Translations under genes and position numbers: made by a program
The notes under the pieces: generated by a model
The model's input: only the letters and a program-made list of their open reading frames with translations
The model's database searches: none
Told to the model about the DNA's origin: nothing
Assembly: GCA_964618845.1 (NCBI GenBank)
Contig: CAZUCU010000001.1
Coordinates: 468 to 64,467 of the forward strand
Length of the DNA: 64,000 bases
Origin: an uncultured Candidatus Saccharibacteria bacterium
Lineage (GTDB): Bacteria > Patescibacteriota > Minisyncoccia > Phycocordibacterales > JAACPR01
Direction: 5' to 3'
In this document: one piece after another, positions 39,941 through 48,378 of the stretch
How the letters are laid out: each line of letters starts with the position of its first letter
Numbering within the stretch: position 1 is the stretch's first letter

Positions 39941-41014
39941 TTACCCCTCTACTTTTACACTTTCTTCAATTTGAAGTGGGTCTAATTTTACTTCTCCGTC
40001 TGTAATTCGCACGATATCTTTATCGATTTTTTTAAATTCTTTAGCTGACAAATTATATTGATTTACAACTGTCCCCAAATTTTTTCCAAGCTTATCATGA
40101 TAATCTTCATAGGACTTTAAATGTCTTTGAAGCTCTCCTACATATTTTCTAATCTTTTGAGCTGATTCCTCGATCTTGTAGGCCTTAAAACCAAAAAGAA
40201 CTGATTGTAAATATGCCAAAAAAGTTGTCGGCGAAACTATAAAAACTTTTTTTTCATTGTAAGAATAATCGATTAGACTTCGCGAATTTATAGTTGTTGC
40301 ACCAACTGCTCCTGTAAGCAATTCATAATAAATTCCCTCAGCTGGAATAAACATAAAAGCAAAAGAAAGAGTTCCCTCATTCGGTCTAATATATTTGGCA
40401 GTTTCATCAATTCTTCTTTTTAAATCATTTTTGAAATCTCTTTCAAGTTCTGCTCTTCTAACTTCATCACTTTCATTTACTAAACGAGAATAATTATCCA
40501 GAGAAAATTTAGCATCAATTGGGATAATTCCCTCTTTGGTTTTAATTATTGCATCAACCACATCACCATTTTTGAACATATATTGAAGATCATAAGTAGT
40601 TGGATCCAAGGCGTTTTGTAAAACAAGCTCCAAAGCTGCTTCTCCCCAATTCCCTCTTTGTTTTTGATGTTTCAAAACTTTTTCTAAATTGGAAAGTTGC
40701 TCAGCAATTGTAAACACTTGTTTAGTTGATTGGGAGACTTCTGTTACCCCTTTTGTAACATTTAAAAGTTGCTCAGTCATTTGTTTGTTTATGTCTTGTA
40801 TAAGTTGCTGAGATCTTGCAAATTGTTCAGAAGAAACCTGAGCTACATTTTTTTGAGAATCTTGAATAGACCTATTTACTTCATTCATCTGAGTAAGTAA
40901 CATATTTAAACTCTTTTCATCTTGAGAATCCTTTTTCTTGGTAATCAAAAAAACAACCGCTATAACATTTATAACAAGTAAAATAAGCACGATAACAAGT
41001 AATGTTTCTACCAT
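39941..41014 (-). CDS. rmuC: DNA recombination protein RmuC
   Basis: N-terminal TM, a long coiled coil, and the conserved C-terminal RmuC block (GNWGEAALELVL ... PIDAKFSLD ... FMFIPAEGIYYE). Confidence 0.8.
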   Translation of the reverse strand: MVETLLVIVLILLVINVIAVVFLITKKKDSQDEKSLNMLLTQMNEVNRSIQDSQKNVAQVSSEQFARSQQLIQDINKQMTEQLLNVTKGVTEVSQSTKQVFTIAEQLSNLEKVLKHQKQRGNWGEAALELVLQNALDPTTYDLQYMFKNGDVVDAIIKTKEGIIPIDAKFSLDNYSRLVNESDEVRRAELERDFKNDLKRRIDETAKYIRPNEGTLSFAFMFIPAEGIYYELLTGAVGATTINSRSLIDYSYNEKKVFIVSPTTFLAYLQSVLFGFKAYKIEESAQKIRKYVGELQRHLKSYEDYHDKLGKNLGTVVNQYNLSAKEFKKIDKDIVRITDGEVKLDPLQIEESVKVEG

Positions 41015-41099
41015 TGAGAATGATTATAACATATTACAAACATCGGATGTTTGTAATATATGATAAAATTGTTTATATATTAAAATTAATAAAAACAAT

Positions 41100-41552
41100 A
41101 TGAGTTTAATAGAAAAAATTAAGGGAGAAATGAAAGAAGCAATGAAATCTAAAGATACTGTAAAATTAACAGTTCTACGGGGTCTTATTTCTGGTTTTAC
41201 AAACGAATTGGTTGCAACTGATAAAACTCCCCAAGATGAAGTTACTGATGATTTAGCCCTTACTGTAATCAAAAGAGCTTCCAAACAAAGAAAAGACGCA
41301 ATAGAACAATTTGAAAAAGGGGGACGATCTGATCTTGTTGATAATGAAAAAGCAGAATTAAAAATTATTGAAACTTACATGCCCCAAATGATGAGCGAAG
41401 AACAAATAAAAGAAATTGTTCTTAGAAAAAAATTAGAACTTAAAATTTCTGATACTTCTCAAGCGGGACAATTAATAGGAGCTGTTATGAAAGAAATAAA
41501 CGGAAAAGCTGATGGGAGTTTGGTCAAAAAAATTATAACCGAAAATTTATAA
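41100..41552 (+). CDS. GatB/YqeY-domain protein
   Basis: 150 aa with YqeY-type helices (ETYMPQMMSEEQIKEIV). Confidence 0.75.
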   Translation: MSLIEKIKGEMKEAMKSKDTVKLTVLRGLISGFTNELVATDKTPQDEVTDDLALTVIKRASKQRKDAIEQFEKGGRSDLVDNEKAELKIIETYMPQMMSEEQIKEIVLRKKLELKISDTSQAGQLIGAVMKEINGKADGSLVKKIITENL

Positions 41553-41570
41553 GAATTTAAAAAAAGATTA

Positions 41571-41593
41571 GGCGTCGCGCTTCGCGCGACGCC
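41571..41593 (-). terminator. Intrinsic terminator: 10-bp GC-only stem GGCGTCGCGC / GCGCGACGCC followed by a T-run on the - strand
   Basis: Seen directly. Lies immediately downstream of the - strand ORF 41599-41880. Confidence 0.6.
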
Positions 41594-41598
41594 CCCTA

Positions 41599-41880
41599 TC
41601 AAATTCCTCCCCACTTGAAGAGCGAGTCTTTTTCTTCAAGTTTAGCCCTTCGTTTTGCTTCCCTCCTCCTTCTTACAAATTCAGAAATTGGTTTTTGGTT
41701 CCATTTTCCAAATTTTTTGAGATCGTTCTCTATTTTTTCCGCTCTCAAAAACCTGCCAGAAGGATTAGACTGAAGAGTACAATCTACAAAAATATCATCA
41801 GTCAACTCTTCGGGGACAGAACTTCCCCTTTTTGGTTTTTTCATTTTTTTGTTTTTGTGCTCTTTATTTAGAGAATACAA
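41599..41880 (-). CDS. Hypothetical small basic protein
   Basis: 93 aa. Locally elevated GC. A terminator lies downstream. Confidence 0.35.
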   Translation of the reverse strand: MYSLNKEHKNKKMKKPKRGSSVPEELTDDIFVDCTLQSNPSGRFLRAEKIENDLKKFGKWNQKPISEFVRRRREAKRRAKLEEKDSLFKWGGI

Positions 41881-41929
41881 TAAATACCCCTATTGTCAAT
41901 TTTTTCAAAATGTTTATAATTAAGGAGGT

Positions 41930-42241
41930 ATGAACCTTAAGGAAATAAACCCGAGTCGCCTTTCGAACATCGAATTGGCGAAAGTTATCGTTGCGGAAAC
42001 ATTTAAAATCACCGAGACAAGAGGCGAGAAAAAAATCGCCCAAATCGTTGACTTGGTGATGGGTCTCTTCATGTTTCAGGTCACTTCTTTTGAAGTACTC
42101 TTGGAGCGTTTTAGAAAGTACGGACCCGACCCTGATGCTCTCGAGATCATTAGGAAAAAGTTTCCACAAAAAGCGGAATACCTGTGCCAAGAAGCGGGTG
42201 TTCCATTTGAAAGTCAATCTCAATTTGACTTTCAAGATTAG
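41930..42241 (+). CDS. Hypothetical protein
   Basis: 103 aa. Followed directly by an intrinsic terminator at 42249-42287, which favours this frame over the overlapping - strand ORF. Confidence 0.4.
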   Translation: MNLKEINPSRLSNIELAKVIVAETFKITETRGEKKIAQIVDLVMGLFMFQVTSFEVLLERFRKYGPDPDALEIIRKKFPQKAEYLCQEAGVPFESQSQFDFQD

Positions 42242-42248
42242 CTCTTAC

Positions 42249-42287
42249 ACCTCGCTTGTCCCACAAGACAAGCGAGGTATTTTTATT
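42249..42287 (+). terminator. Intrinsic terminator: stem ACCTCGCTTGTC / GACAAGCGAGGT, then ATTTTTATTT
   Basis: Seen directly. Confidence 0.7.
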
Positions 42288-42314
42288 TATCAGAATCAGA
42301 CTCCATATCTTTAT

Positions 42315-43013
42315 TTAAAACTCAATTTTCCCTTTTGGAGAATAAATTTCAACTGTTTCTATTTTTTGGTAATAAGAAATAGTATCTTTTAAAATAGAAA
42401 ATAAGTGCTGATTTTCACAACTACTAAGTCCAGTAATGAGTCTGCCGGATGGCATATTTTCACTTTTCAAAAAAACTTTAGCAACCTTATTTGAAATTTC
42501 TACTTTTTCATACACTCCGTAATTTGATAGTTCATCTTCAAACAAAACTTTTACAGCTGAATCAATTAAGTTATTTGTTTTGGGAATTATTTTTGAAATT
42601 TGTTGGGTTACACCACAATCACTTGTTCTTGCAATTTCTTTGTTTTGAATAAAAAGAGTTATCGTCTCGGTTGTATTTGGACAAACAAACTGACAATCAG
42701 GTCCAGTACGCCCAACATAAGATCCGTCAGGACATTGCATCGCATCCATTGTGCAAGCGACAGAAGTAGAACTCACTTCACACTTCTCTTCCCAAACTCT
42801 CAAACATTTATTTTTTGCTTCACACCAAGAATATCCTGCAGATCCAATACATCCATGTGCATCTTTGTCTCCCCCAACAACAGGTGGATTGACATCAGGA
42901 AGAGATATTTCTTTAGAAGTTTTTTCTATATACAAATAAAGCCCAGCTCCTACCAGAACCATAAAGAACAACAAACCTAATAAGGTCGAAAATCCTTTCT
43001 GTTTATTTTTCAT
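42315..43013 (-). CDS. Secreted / membrane-anchored cysteine-rich protein (10 Cys in the N-terminal half) with a GerMN-like C-terminal region
   Basis: Signal/TM LLGLLFFMVLVGAGLYLYI. Cys-rich segment. 232 aa. Confidence 0.45.
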   Translation of the reverse strand: MKNKQKGFSTLLGLLFFMVLVGAGLYLYIEKTSKEISLPDVNPPVVGGDKDAHGCIGSAGYSWCEAKNKCLRVWEEKCEVSSTSVACTMDAMQCPDGSYVGRTGPDCQFVCPNTTETITLFIQNKEIARTSDCGVTQQISKIIPKTNNLIDSAVKVLFEDELSNYGVYEKVEISNKVAKVFLKSENMPSGRLITGLSSCENQHLFSILKDTISYYQKIETVEIYSPKGKIEF

Positions 43014-43211
43014 ATAGATATTATATCAAATTTCAAAATTGAAATATGTAGAATTTTTCCCAAAATCTGTTATTATTCTTTTCACAAACAACGGAGGAAA
43101 ACTTGAAGAATAAATGTTGTCCGAGAGTGTTCGAGTTAGATTTTTGGCGAAGTCATATCGCCAAAAAGCAACGAGTTTCGAGGAAACATTTATTATTTAA
43201 GTTTTCCGTAG

Positions 43212-43283
43212 GGCCCTATCGTCTAACGGTTAGGACAGCGCCTTCTCAAGGCGTAAATCCGGGTTCGATTCCCGGTAGGGTCA
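43212..43283 (+). tRNA. tRNA-Glu (anticodon CUC)
   Basis: Manual cloverleaf: acceptor GGCCCTA / TAGGGTC (one G-U pair), D-arm GTCT-AACGGTTA-GGAC, anticodon stem GCGCC / GGCGT with loop TTCTCAA (anticodon CTC), T-arm CCGGG-TTCGATT-CCCGG, discriminator A. Resembles canonical tRNA-Glu blocks (TCGTCTA..GG..AGGAC, GGTTCGAWTCC). Confidence 0.8.
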
Positions 43284-43364
43284 CATCATATTTTAGCTTT
43301 ATTTTAAGCCATTTTATTTTTGAAAAAGTTTTGTTTTCCGAATTTTTTGATATGATTATTTCAT

Positions 43365-43949
43365 ATGGAAAAACAACCAAGCGAAGTATATAAAGATGAA
43401 GCAGAAGAAACAAAAAAAGCTTTAGAGAACTTTTTTGATGATAATAGCGATTTCCCAACTGATGTTTCCTCTCTTTTGTACTCTCATGATGAACCTATCA
43501 TTAAAGATAATACAGAAGACCTGTTAATTTATGGAATAGATAAAATATTAAGAGAGTTAGTTATAATAGACGTTAATGAAGAAGATAACCAAGAAGTAAT
43601 TAAAAAATTACGAAATATTTTTCTTCACCAAGTTTCACATACACTCCTTTCATTATCATTTTTTGATGATAAATTAATTAAATCTAAACAATATATAGAC
43701 ATACTTAACAAAATATCTTACCTCGCTCTTTTATTTTGGGTTGATTTAAAAAGTACTGGAAAAGAAGATGTATTTATGAATTACAAAGATTTTTGTAAAA
43801 AATATGAAATAAAAGAATATGATTATTCAAAAGAATTTAATTTTGTTGAAGAATACACAAAAATTATTACTGAATTAAAAAAGTTTCTATTATCTAATGG
43901 AAAGAGGGAAGAAATAAAAAACAAAATTTTAAAAAATATAAACTTATGA
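43365..43949 (+). CDS. Hypothetical protein (first gene after the tRNA; island cargo)
   Basis: 194-aa ORF. Acidic N-terminus. No recognised motif. Confidence 0.45.
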   Translation: MEKQPSEVYKDEAEETKKALENFFDDNSDFPTDVSSLLYSHDEPIIKDNTEDLLIYGIDKILRELVIIDVNEEDNQEVIKKLRNIFLHQVSHTLLSLSFFDDKLIKSKQYIDILNKISYLALLFWVDLKSTGKEDVFMNYKDFCKKYEIKEYDYSKEFNFVEEYTKIITELKKFLLSNGKREEIKNKILKNINL

Positions 43950-44049
43950 ACATCGTAGATATTATATGATTGATAAATTCAATTCTTCTAAACTTTCTTT
44001 AATACAATCTCTATATCCCAAAAGTTCGGAAAGCCACACTTTGGGGTCA

Positions 44050-44151
44050 CCGCGTCAAACGCGGTTTCAGAACCGTATCAAACGGTATGGAACCACCAAA
44101 TTAACAAACCCCGTTTGACGGGGTCGCAGTGAAGGAGCCCGTCAGACGGGC
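44050..44151. repeat. Cluster of four small GC-stem hairpins (CCGCG-TCAAA-CGCGG, ACCGT-ATCAA-ACGGT, CCCCG-TTTGA-CGGGG, GCCCG-TCAGA-CGGGC) abutting the IS element
   Basis: Seen directly. A near-identical copy of the last hairpin occurs at 53239-53253 in the opposite orientation. Confidence 0.6.
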
Positions 44152-44196
44152 ACGTTCTCATCGCGTCAAAAATTCTCTAAAAAAGTTGATCGTTTT

Positions 44197-45078
44197 CTAA
44201 TCAATAGCTTGGAAACACCCAGACAATAATTGCATCGGAGTTTTGAGCTCAATTCCCATGTGCAATCTTTGCTCGTTATAGTATTTCAAATATTTCTCTA
44301 AAGCACAATTAATAACAGAAACGTTTCTTGGAAGAGTGTCTAAACACTCTTCTTGAAGTGTTCTGTTAAATCTTTCAATGTGTGCATTGTCATTAGGTTT
44401 TCCAATTCTAGTGTATCTATGGTTTCTCTTCACTCTGTCATAAAACCATTTTCCAAATTCACTTCCATGATCTGTTTGTATCATTTCAAAATTAAAAACT
44501 GATTGTCTCTCTGCTTCATTCAAAAACTCAACACTTATTGAAGAGTTTAATCTTTCATACGCTTTCGCAAAAGTGTTTCTAGAATAAACATCAATTAAGG
44601 TGAGAACATATATCCTAGTCTTCGGTCCTGTCATAAGGTGTATAGTGTCAATTTGAACCAAAGAACCTGGCTTTATTGGATATGGTCTATCAACAGGAGG
44701 ATGATATCTCTTCCAAGGAGATCTCTTTTTCATAAGTCCATGTCTATCAATTGTTCTTCTAACAGAGTTCAAAGAAACTTGGATATTTTCATTTAAAAGA
44801 TGTTGATGAACAACTTCACTTGTTCTCTTTGTGTCTAATCTGATTTTAATAATTCTTTTAACTACATTTTCTTCTAATTCCTTAGGATGATGATGTGGTC
44901 GTGAAGATTTGGTTGGTATTGGGTGAATACCGAGTTTTTCAGCTTTCTTTACCCATTTACTAATTGTTCCTGGACTTACGCCATATCTTCTAGCAACCGT
45001 TCTAACACCATATCCAATTCGAACCATAGTCGCAGCATCTCTACGAACTTTTGGCATGTTTGGATTATTTGTATACAT
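44197..45078 (-). CDS. IS481-type DDE transposase (rve integrase core)
   Basis: HTH (RYGVSPGTISKWVKK). The rve core spans LVQIDTIHL ... LIDVYSR ... IQTDHGSEF ... HIERFNRTLQEE. Confidence 0.85.
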   Translation of the reverse strand: MYTNNPNMPKVRRDAATMVRIGYGVRTVARRYGVSPGTISKWVKKAEKLGIHPIPTKSSRPHHHPKELEENVVKRIIKIRLDTKRTSEVVHQHLLNENIQVSLNSVRRTIDRHGLMKKRSPWKRYHPPVDRPYPIKPGSLVQIDTIHLMTGPKTRIYVLTLIDVYSRNTFAKAYERLNSSISVEFLNEAERQSVFNFEMIQTDHGSEFGKWFYDRVKRNHRYTRIGKPNDNAHIERFNRTLQEECLDTLPRNVSVINCALEKYLKYYNEQRLHMGIELKTPMQLLSGCFQAID

Positions 45079-45123
45079 AATGCTTGGATATTACTTTTTA
45101 ATGGAAGTGTTTCCAAGCTATTG
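44202..45123 (-). mobile_element. IS481-family insertion sequence (single-ORF DDE transposase with an N-terminal HTH) bounded by 17-bp terminal inverted repeats CAATAGCTTGGAAACAC
   Basis: Inverted repeats at 44202-44218 and 45107-45123 are exact reverse complements. The transposase ORF sits between them. Confidence 0.75.
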
Positions 45124-45147
45124 GGATATTACGGTTGATTTGACAAA

Positions 45148-45654
45148 ATGTTACGTCATGGTAATTTTACCTTAGACTTTAGCACAACACACACCATGAA
45201 AACATACGTACTGAATCGCTCGATATGTTCTCTTCTTGCATTAATCCCACTTTTGGGTTTTACGTATCTTGAGACCGTATATCATCTAATTCCCAGATTT
45301 AATGAAATATTTTCTCTAACACCAAAATCAACGAATTTGAATCACCTTGAACTAGTTTGGGTCCCGATCATCGCTTATATTTTGATTGCAACTATTGTTT
45401 ACCTCTTGTTAAAGATTTTCAAGAAACTGGAAGGTTTTAATAGAGAATGTGTCATTTGGGGTCTTACATGGGGTCTTATTATAGGCATCATCGCTGGTCT
45501 AATCTGGGGTCTGACGTCGGGTCTAATCGGTAGTGTCAATGGTGATCTCATTGGGAACATCATCTTGAATATCATTCTTGATCTCATCGTAGGCCTTATC
45601 TTGAGCCTCATCATAGGTCTAATTATAGGTCTCAAGCATGAATTCGAGTTATAA
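45148..45654 (+). CDS. Hypothetical membrane protein with degenerate GLI(x) glycine-zipper-like repeats
   Basis: GLIIGIIAGLIWGLTSGLIGSVNGDLIGNIILNIILDLIVGLILSLIIGLIIGL. The underlying DNA shows GGTCT(A/T)AT(C/T) periodicity. Confidence 0.45.
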   Translation: MLRHGNFTLDFSTTHTMKTYVLNRSICSLLALIPLLGFTYLETVYHLIPRFNEIFSLTPKSTNLNHLELVWVPIIAYILIATIVYLLLKIFKKLEGFNRECVIWGLTWGLIIGIIAGLIWGLTSGLIGSVNGDLIGNIILNIILDLIVGLILSLIIGLIIGLKHEFEL

Positions 45655-45773
45655 GCGTCAAGCTTAAATTCGAAAACAGTTTACACACAAAACGCACGAC
45701 CTTCGGGTACGGCGTTTTCTTTTTACATAACCACTGCAAATGTCCGACATTTGCAGTAAATGTACTTCATTTT

Positions 45774-45863
45774 CGTCATTCCCGTGAAGACGGGAATTCA
45801 TGCTTTTAAAGATATTAATAAAGCGTGGACCCCCGATACGGCTTCGGGGGTGACGATTATTTT
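45774..45863 (+). repeat. Copy B of the roughly 100-bp hairpin-containing repeat element (copy A at 19974-20070). Contains hairpins ATTCCCGT-GAAG-ACGGGAAT and CCCCCGA-loop-TCGGGGG.
   Basis: Direct alignment by eye with copy A. See findings. Confidence 0.55.
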
Positions 45864-45909
45864 GTTTGTTATTTTGTTGTGACTAGTACAGAGATGATAC
45901 TACAAAACA

Positions 45910-46401
45910 TCACGCCATTTTTAATTTTGATTTTAGGAGTCGTATGTTGTCGGTATTTCGATCTAATTGATTAGAATGTGAAAGCTGAATTTTTTTGATT
46001 TCTTGAACATCACTTTTTACTTCTTTCATATCTATTTTTAATTCGTGTATATCTTCTTCAACTCTATCAAATTGATTTTTGACAACAATTGTAAAATTTT
46101 CAAAATCTGTTCTTAATTCGCTTATTTCCGATTTCATAGAAACAATACTCTCTTTTATAGAAACAATATCTGTTTTTGTAGAAACAATACTCTCTTTTAT
46201 AGAAACAATATCTGTTTTCGTAGACACAATATCTGTTTTCATAGAAACAATATCTGTTTTTGTAGACAAAATATCTTCTTTCATTAAAGATATATCTTTT
46301 TTCATTGGATTAATCACTTTTTTTGTGTGAACAGCAAAAGCACCATTTATTGAAGTATTAACTATAAAAGAAATTTGTTTTAAATCATTTTTTGTTAACA
46401 T
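45910..46401 (-). CDS. Coiled-coil protein with about eight tandem heptad repeats (TKTDIVS / IKESIVS), encoded by 21-bp DNA tandem repeats
   Basis: Protein repeats KTDIVSMKTDIVSTKTDIVSIKESIVSTKTDIVSIKESIVSMKSEI. DNA repeats span 46135-46290. Confidence 0.5.
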   Translation of the reverse strand: MLTKNDLKQISFIVNTSINGAFAVHTKKVINPMKKDISLMKEDILSTKTDIVSMKTDIVSTKTDIVSIKESIVSTKTDIVSIKESIVSMKSEISELRTDFENFTIVVKNQFDRVEEDIHELKIDMKEVKSDVQEIKKIQLSHSNQLDRNTDNIRLLKSKLKMA

Positions 46402-46532
46402 AGTTTGATTCTATCATAAGTGAAAAACAGACTTATCAACATACCCCCCTCCATTTAATTAGTTTTTAATCTCTTTTTAATAAAAACACCGCCCATGTAT
46501 TTGATACTCTGGGCGGTGTTCAGCAAGGTAAA

Positions 46533-47576
46533 TTAATGACGAGGTTTTAAACCCTTCTTGATAGCATTGAGAATCTCTTTGCCAGTAAGAAGAGTCGGCT
46601 CAACAGCACAGTGATGTTCTGTGCCATTGTAAATCCGAGAAAAATTACTCTTCTCATGAACATGCCACATCAATAAATCGGGATGAGTTCCCTCTCCTGA
46701 AAGCCAACCACTTGGTTTAATTCCCCGTTTTTGAGCCTCAGCAAGCCGAAACTGATATGCTACAGCCTGCAGATGAAGACCGGAATTTCCCGAAGCTGAG
46801 ATCATCAGATAACCACCTGATTTGTTTTTGCAAACAACCAAGTCAACTATCTTTTCGGCCTCATTTCCGGAAAATGGATTTTCTGTCTGAAAAATCAGAA
46901 GTTTTTTGGGTCCTGCCCAAGTTTGGATTTCTCGAACTTTGAGTCCAGAAATTTCTTCTCGGGCTTTCTCCCTCAAAACTTCCGCTTCATCCAAAACATT
47001 TTTACCCCAAGAGAGCCATTCTTTGTCATTCTCCTGTTCCATCACTCCTGCTATACAGTGCAAAAGCATAGATCTCCAAGGATGAAGGGTTTTTGGGTTT
47101 GTTGCCCCCCTCTTAGCCATTGGATTATCACTTTCCCAGACGATGATGGCATCAATCGCCTGATTAGTCCAATCACGAACATCGCTCAGTGACTTCCCAA
47201 CTCGATAGGCAGTGACAACCACAGAGGCAAGTTCATCTTTGAACTTTCTACCGACTTTATCCTGCTCATGGACTTTCTCCACAAGCATAGACACAGCAGG
47301 ATTACCAGTAATTCCAAGATTCTCTGCCACCAAGAGAGTAGCCGATTTTGTGGCATTGTCTCCATGACCATCATATGGGCTTCCCGCACAATCAATAAAA
47401 CACTTGTTAGGATAATCCCTCCAAGTCTTATCGTCAGGGAAACCACCAACACAAAAAACTTCCCATCCAAATTTGCGTGATAACAAGTCACTGAATTTTT
47501 CCAGTAACCTGACCGCAAATAATTTGTCCAAATTTGGATGATAAGGAGTCACAACAAAATCATACTGACGAGACAT
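46533..47576 (-). CDS. GC-rich island cargo: hypothetical protein, tentatively a divergent DHH/DHHA1-family phosphoesterase
   Basis: Locally about 45-50% GC against a background near 30%. Weak motif resemblance to NrnA: YHPNLDKLFAV (motif I-like), CFIDCAGS (II-like), YDGHGDN (III-like), SGNSGLH (GGGH-like). Confidence 0.35.
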   Translation of the reverse strand: MSRQYDFVVTPYHPNLDKLFAVRLLEKFSDLLSRKFGWEVFCVGGFPDDKTWRDYPNKCFIDCAGSPYDGHGDNATKSATLLVAENLGITGNPAVSMLVEKVHEQDKVGRKFKDELASVVVTAYRVGKSLSDVRDWTNQAIDAIIVWESDNPMAKRGATNPKTLHPWRSMLLHCIAGVMEQENDKEWLSWGKNVLDEAEVLREKAREEISGLKVREIQTWAGPKKLLIFQTENPFSGNEAEKIVDLVVCKNKSGGYLMISASGNSGLHLQAVAYQFRLAEAQKRGIKPSGWLSGEGTHPDLLMWHVHEKSNFSRIYNGTEHHCAVEPTLLTGKEILNAIKKGLKPRH

Positions 47577-47682
47577 TTTTTCTCCTTTTTTGGGGTTGTT
47601 TCTTGCTCAATATCACCATGATAAAGAACTTCAAGTCGCCTTGATTAATAACACAATTTTTGAATTTTGTAAATACAAAATG

Positions 47683-47711
47683 GCCCCGACCCATTCCATG
47701 GGTCGGGGCCT
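47683..47711 (-). terminator. Intrinsic terminator: 12-bp GC-rich stem GGCCCCGACCCA / TGGGTCGGGGCC, T-run on the - strand
   Basis: Seen directly. Lies downstream of the - strand ORF 47720-48298. Confidence 0.7.
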
Positions 47712-47719
47712 AAAAAGAA

Positions 47720-48298
47720 CTAAGCCTCTGGCGCCTTTTTCTTACGCTTAGGCTTAGCAGGAGAAGTTTCCTCCAATGATGCCTGAGTGGCCATCATTGC
47801 CCTGTCCAGAGCCTCCTGGGCTTCTTTTGCGAGCCGAAAACCATTGTTTTGGATCGTCGGCTTACGCAGAGTTCTCCTCGAACTCAGAACTTGAAGCTCG
47901 TTGTTGACCCTTTCAACATCCGAGCCCCGAAGCCCCCTCTTTTGAGTAAGCCCTTTTGAAACCCTTCTAAAATAGGGTCCAAAAGAGGCCCAGGCAAACG
48001 CCTTATTTTTTCCATTCTCCAAAATCTTGGGAGTGGAAAAAACAACCACGTCTCCGGGCTCGACTCTTTCGACATCCCGTTCAAACCAAGACTCGCCCCT
48101 GGCCTGATGGAATTGATACTGACCAGAGAGCGCGATATAGACATCGCGATCCACTTCTGGACAGTACACAAAAGAAAACCCGTCCTCCGGAAAGGGGATG
48201 TCTTTTAGAAACCCCCAATGAACATGGACATGGTCCGGAAGACCCAGATCATCCAAGACCCCCGCAAAGAGGTCTTGAAAATTCTGAATGGTTAACAT
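47720..48298 (-). CDS. GC-rich island cargo: hypothetical protein with a Lys-rich C-terminal tail
   Basis: 192-aa ORF. High GC relative to the genome. No motif recognised. Confidence 0.45.
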   Translation of the reverse strand: MLTIQNFQDLFAGVLDDLGLPDHVHVHWGFLKDIPFPEDGFSFVYCPEVDRDVYIALSGQYQFHQARGESWFERDVERVEPGDVVVFSTPKILENGKNKAFAWASFGPYFRRVSKGLTQKRGLRGSDVERVNNELQVLSSRRTLRKPTIQNNGFRLAKEAQEALDRAMMATQASLEETSPAKPKRKKKAPEA

Positions 48299-48378
48299 AT
48301 TATTCTCCTGTTTTTCCTCCCAAAGTCTGCCCCTTTTGACAGATTGTTCGGTTGGTCTGCAAAAATTATACTCAATTT

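Noticed and set aside
41864-42235. - strand 123-aa ORF overlapping the + strand ORF 41930-42241
   Set aside because: A strong + strand terminator lies directly after the + ORF, and a - strand terminator follows the neighbouring - gene at 41599, so the convergent arrangement with the + ORF is more parsimonious. Only one can be real.
42315-43013. Type IV pilin (prepilin N-terminal motif) in the Cys-rich secreted protein
   Set aside because: The N-terminus KGFSTLLGLL lacks the invariant Glu at +5 after the G-F cleavage motif, so a plain signal or anchor is more likely.
43103-43458. ORFs 43103-43393 (+) and 43246-43458 (-) from the six-frame track
   Set aside because: Both overlap the tRNA-Glu gene and have no coding signal. 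They are treated as spurious.
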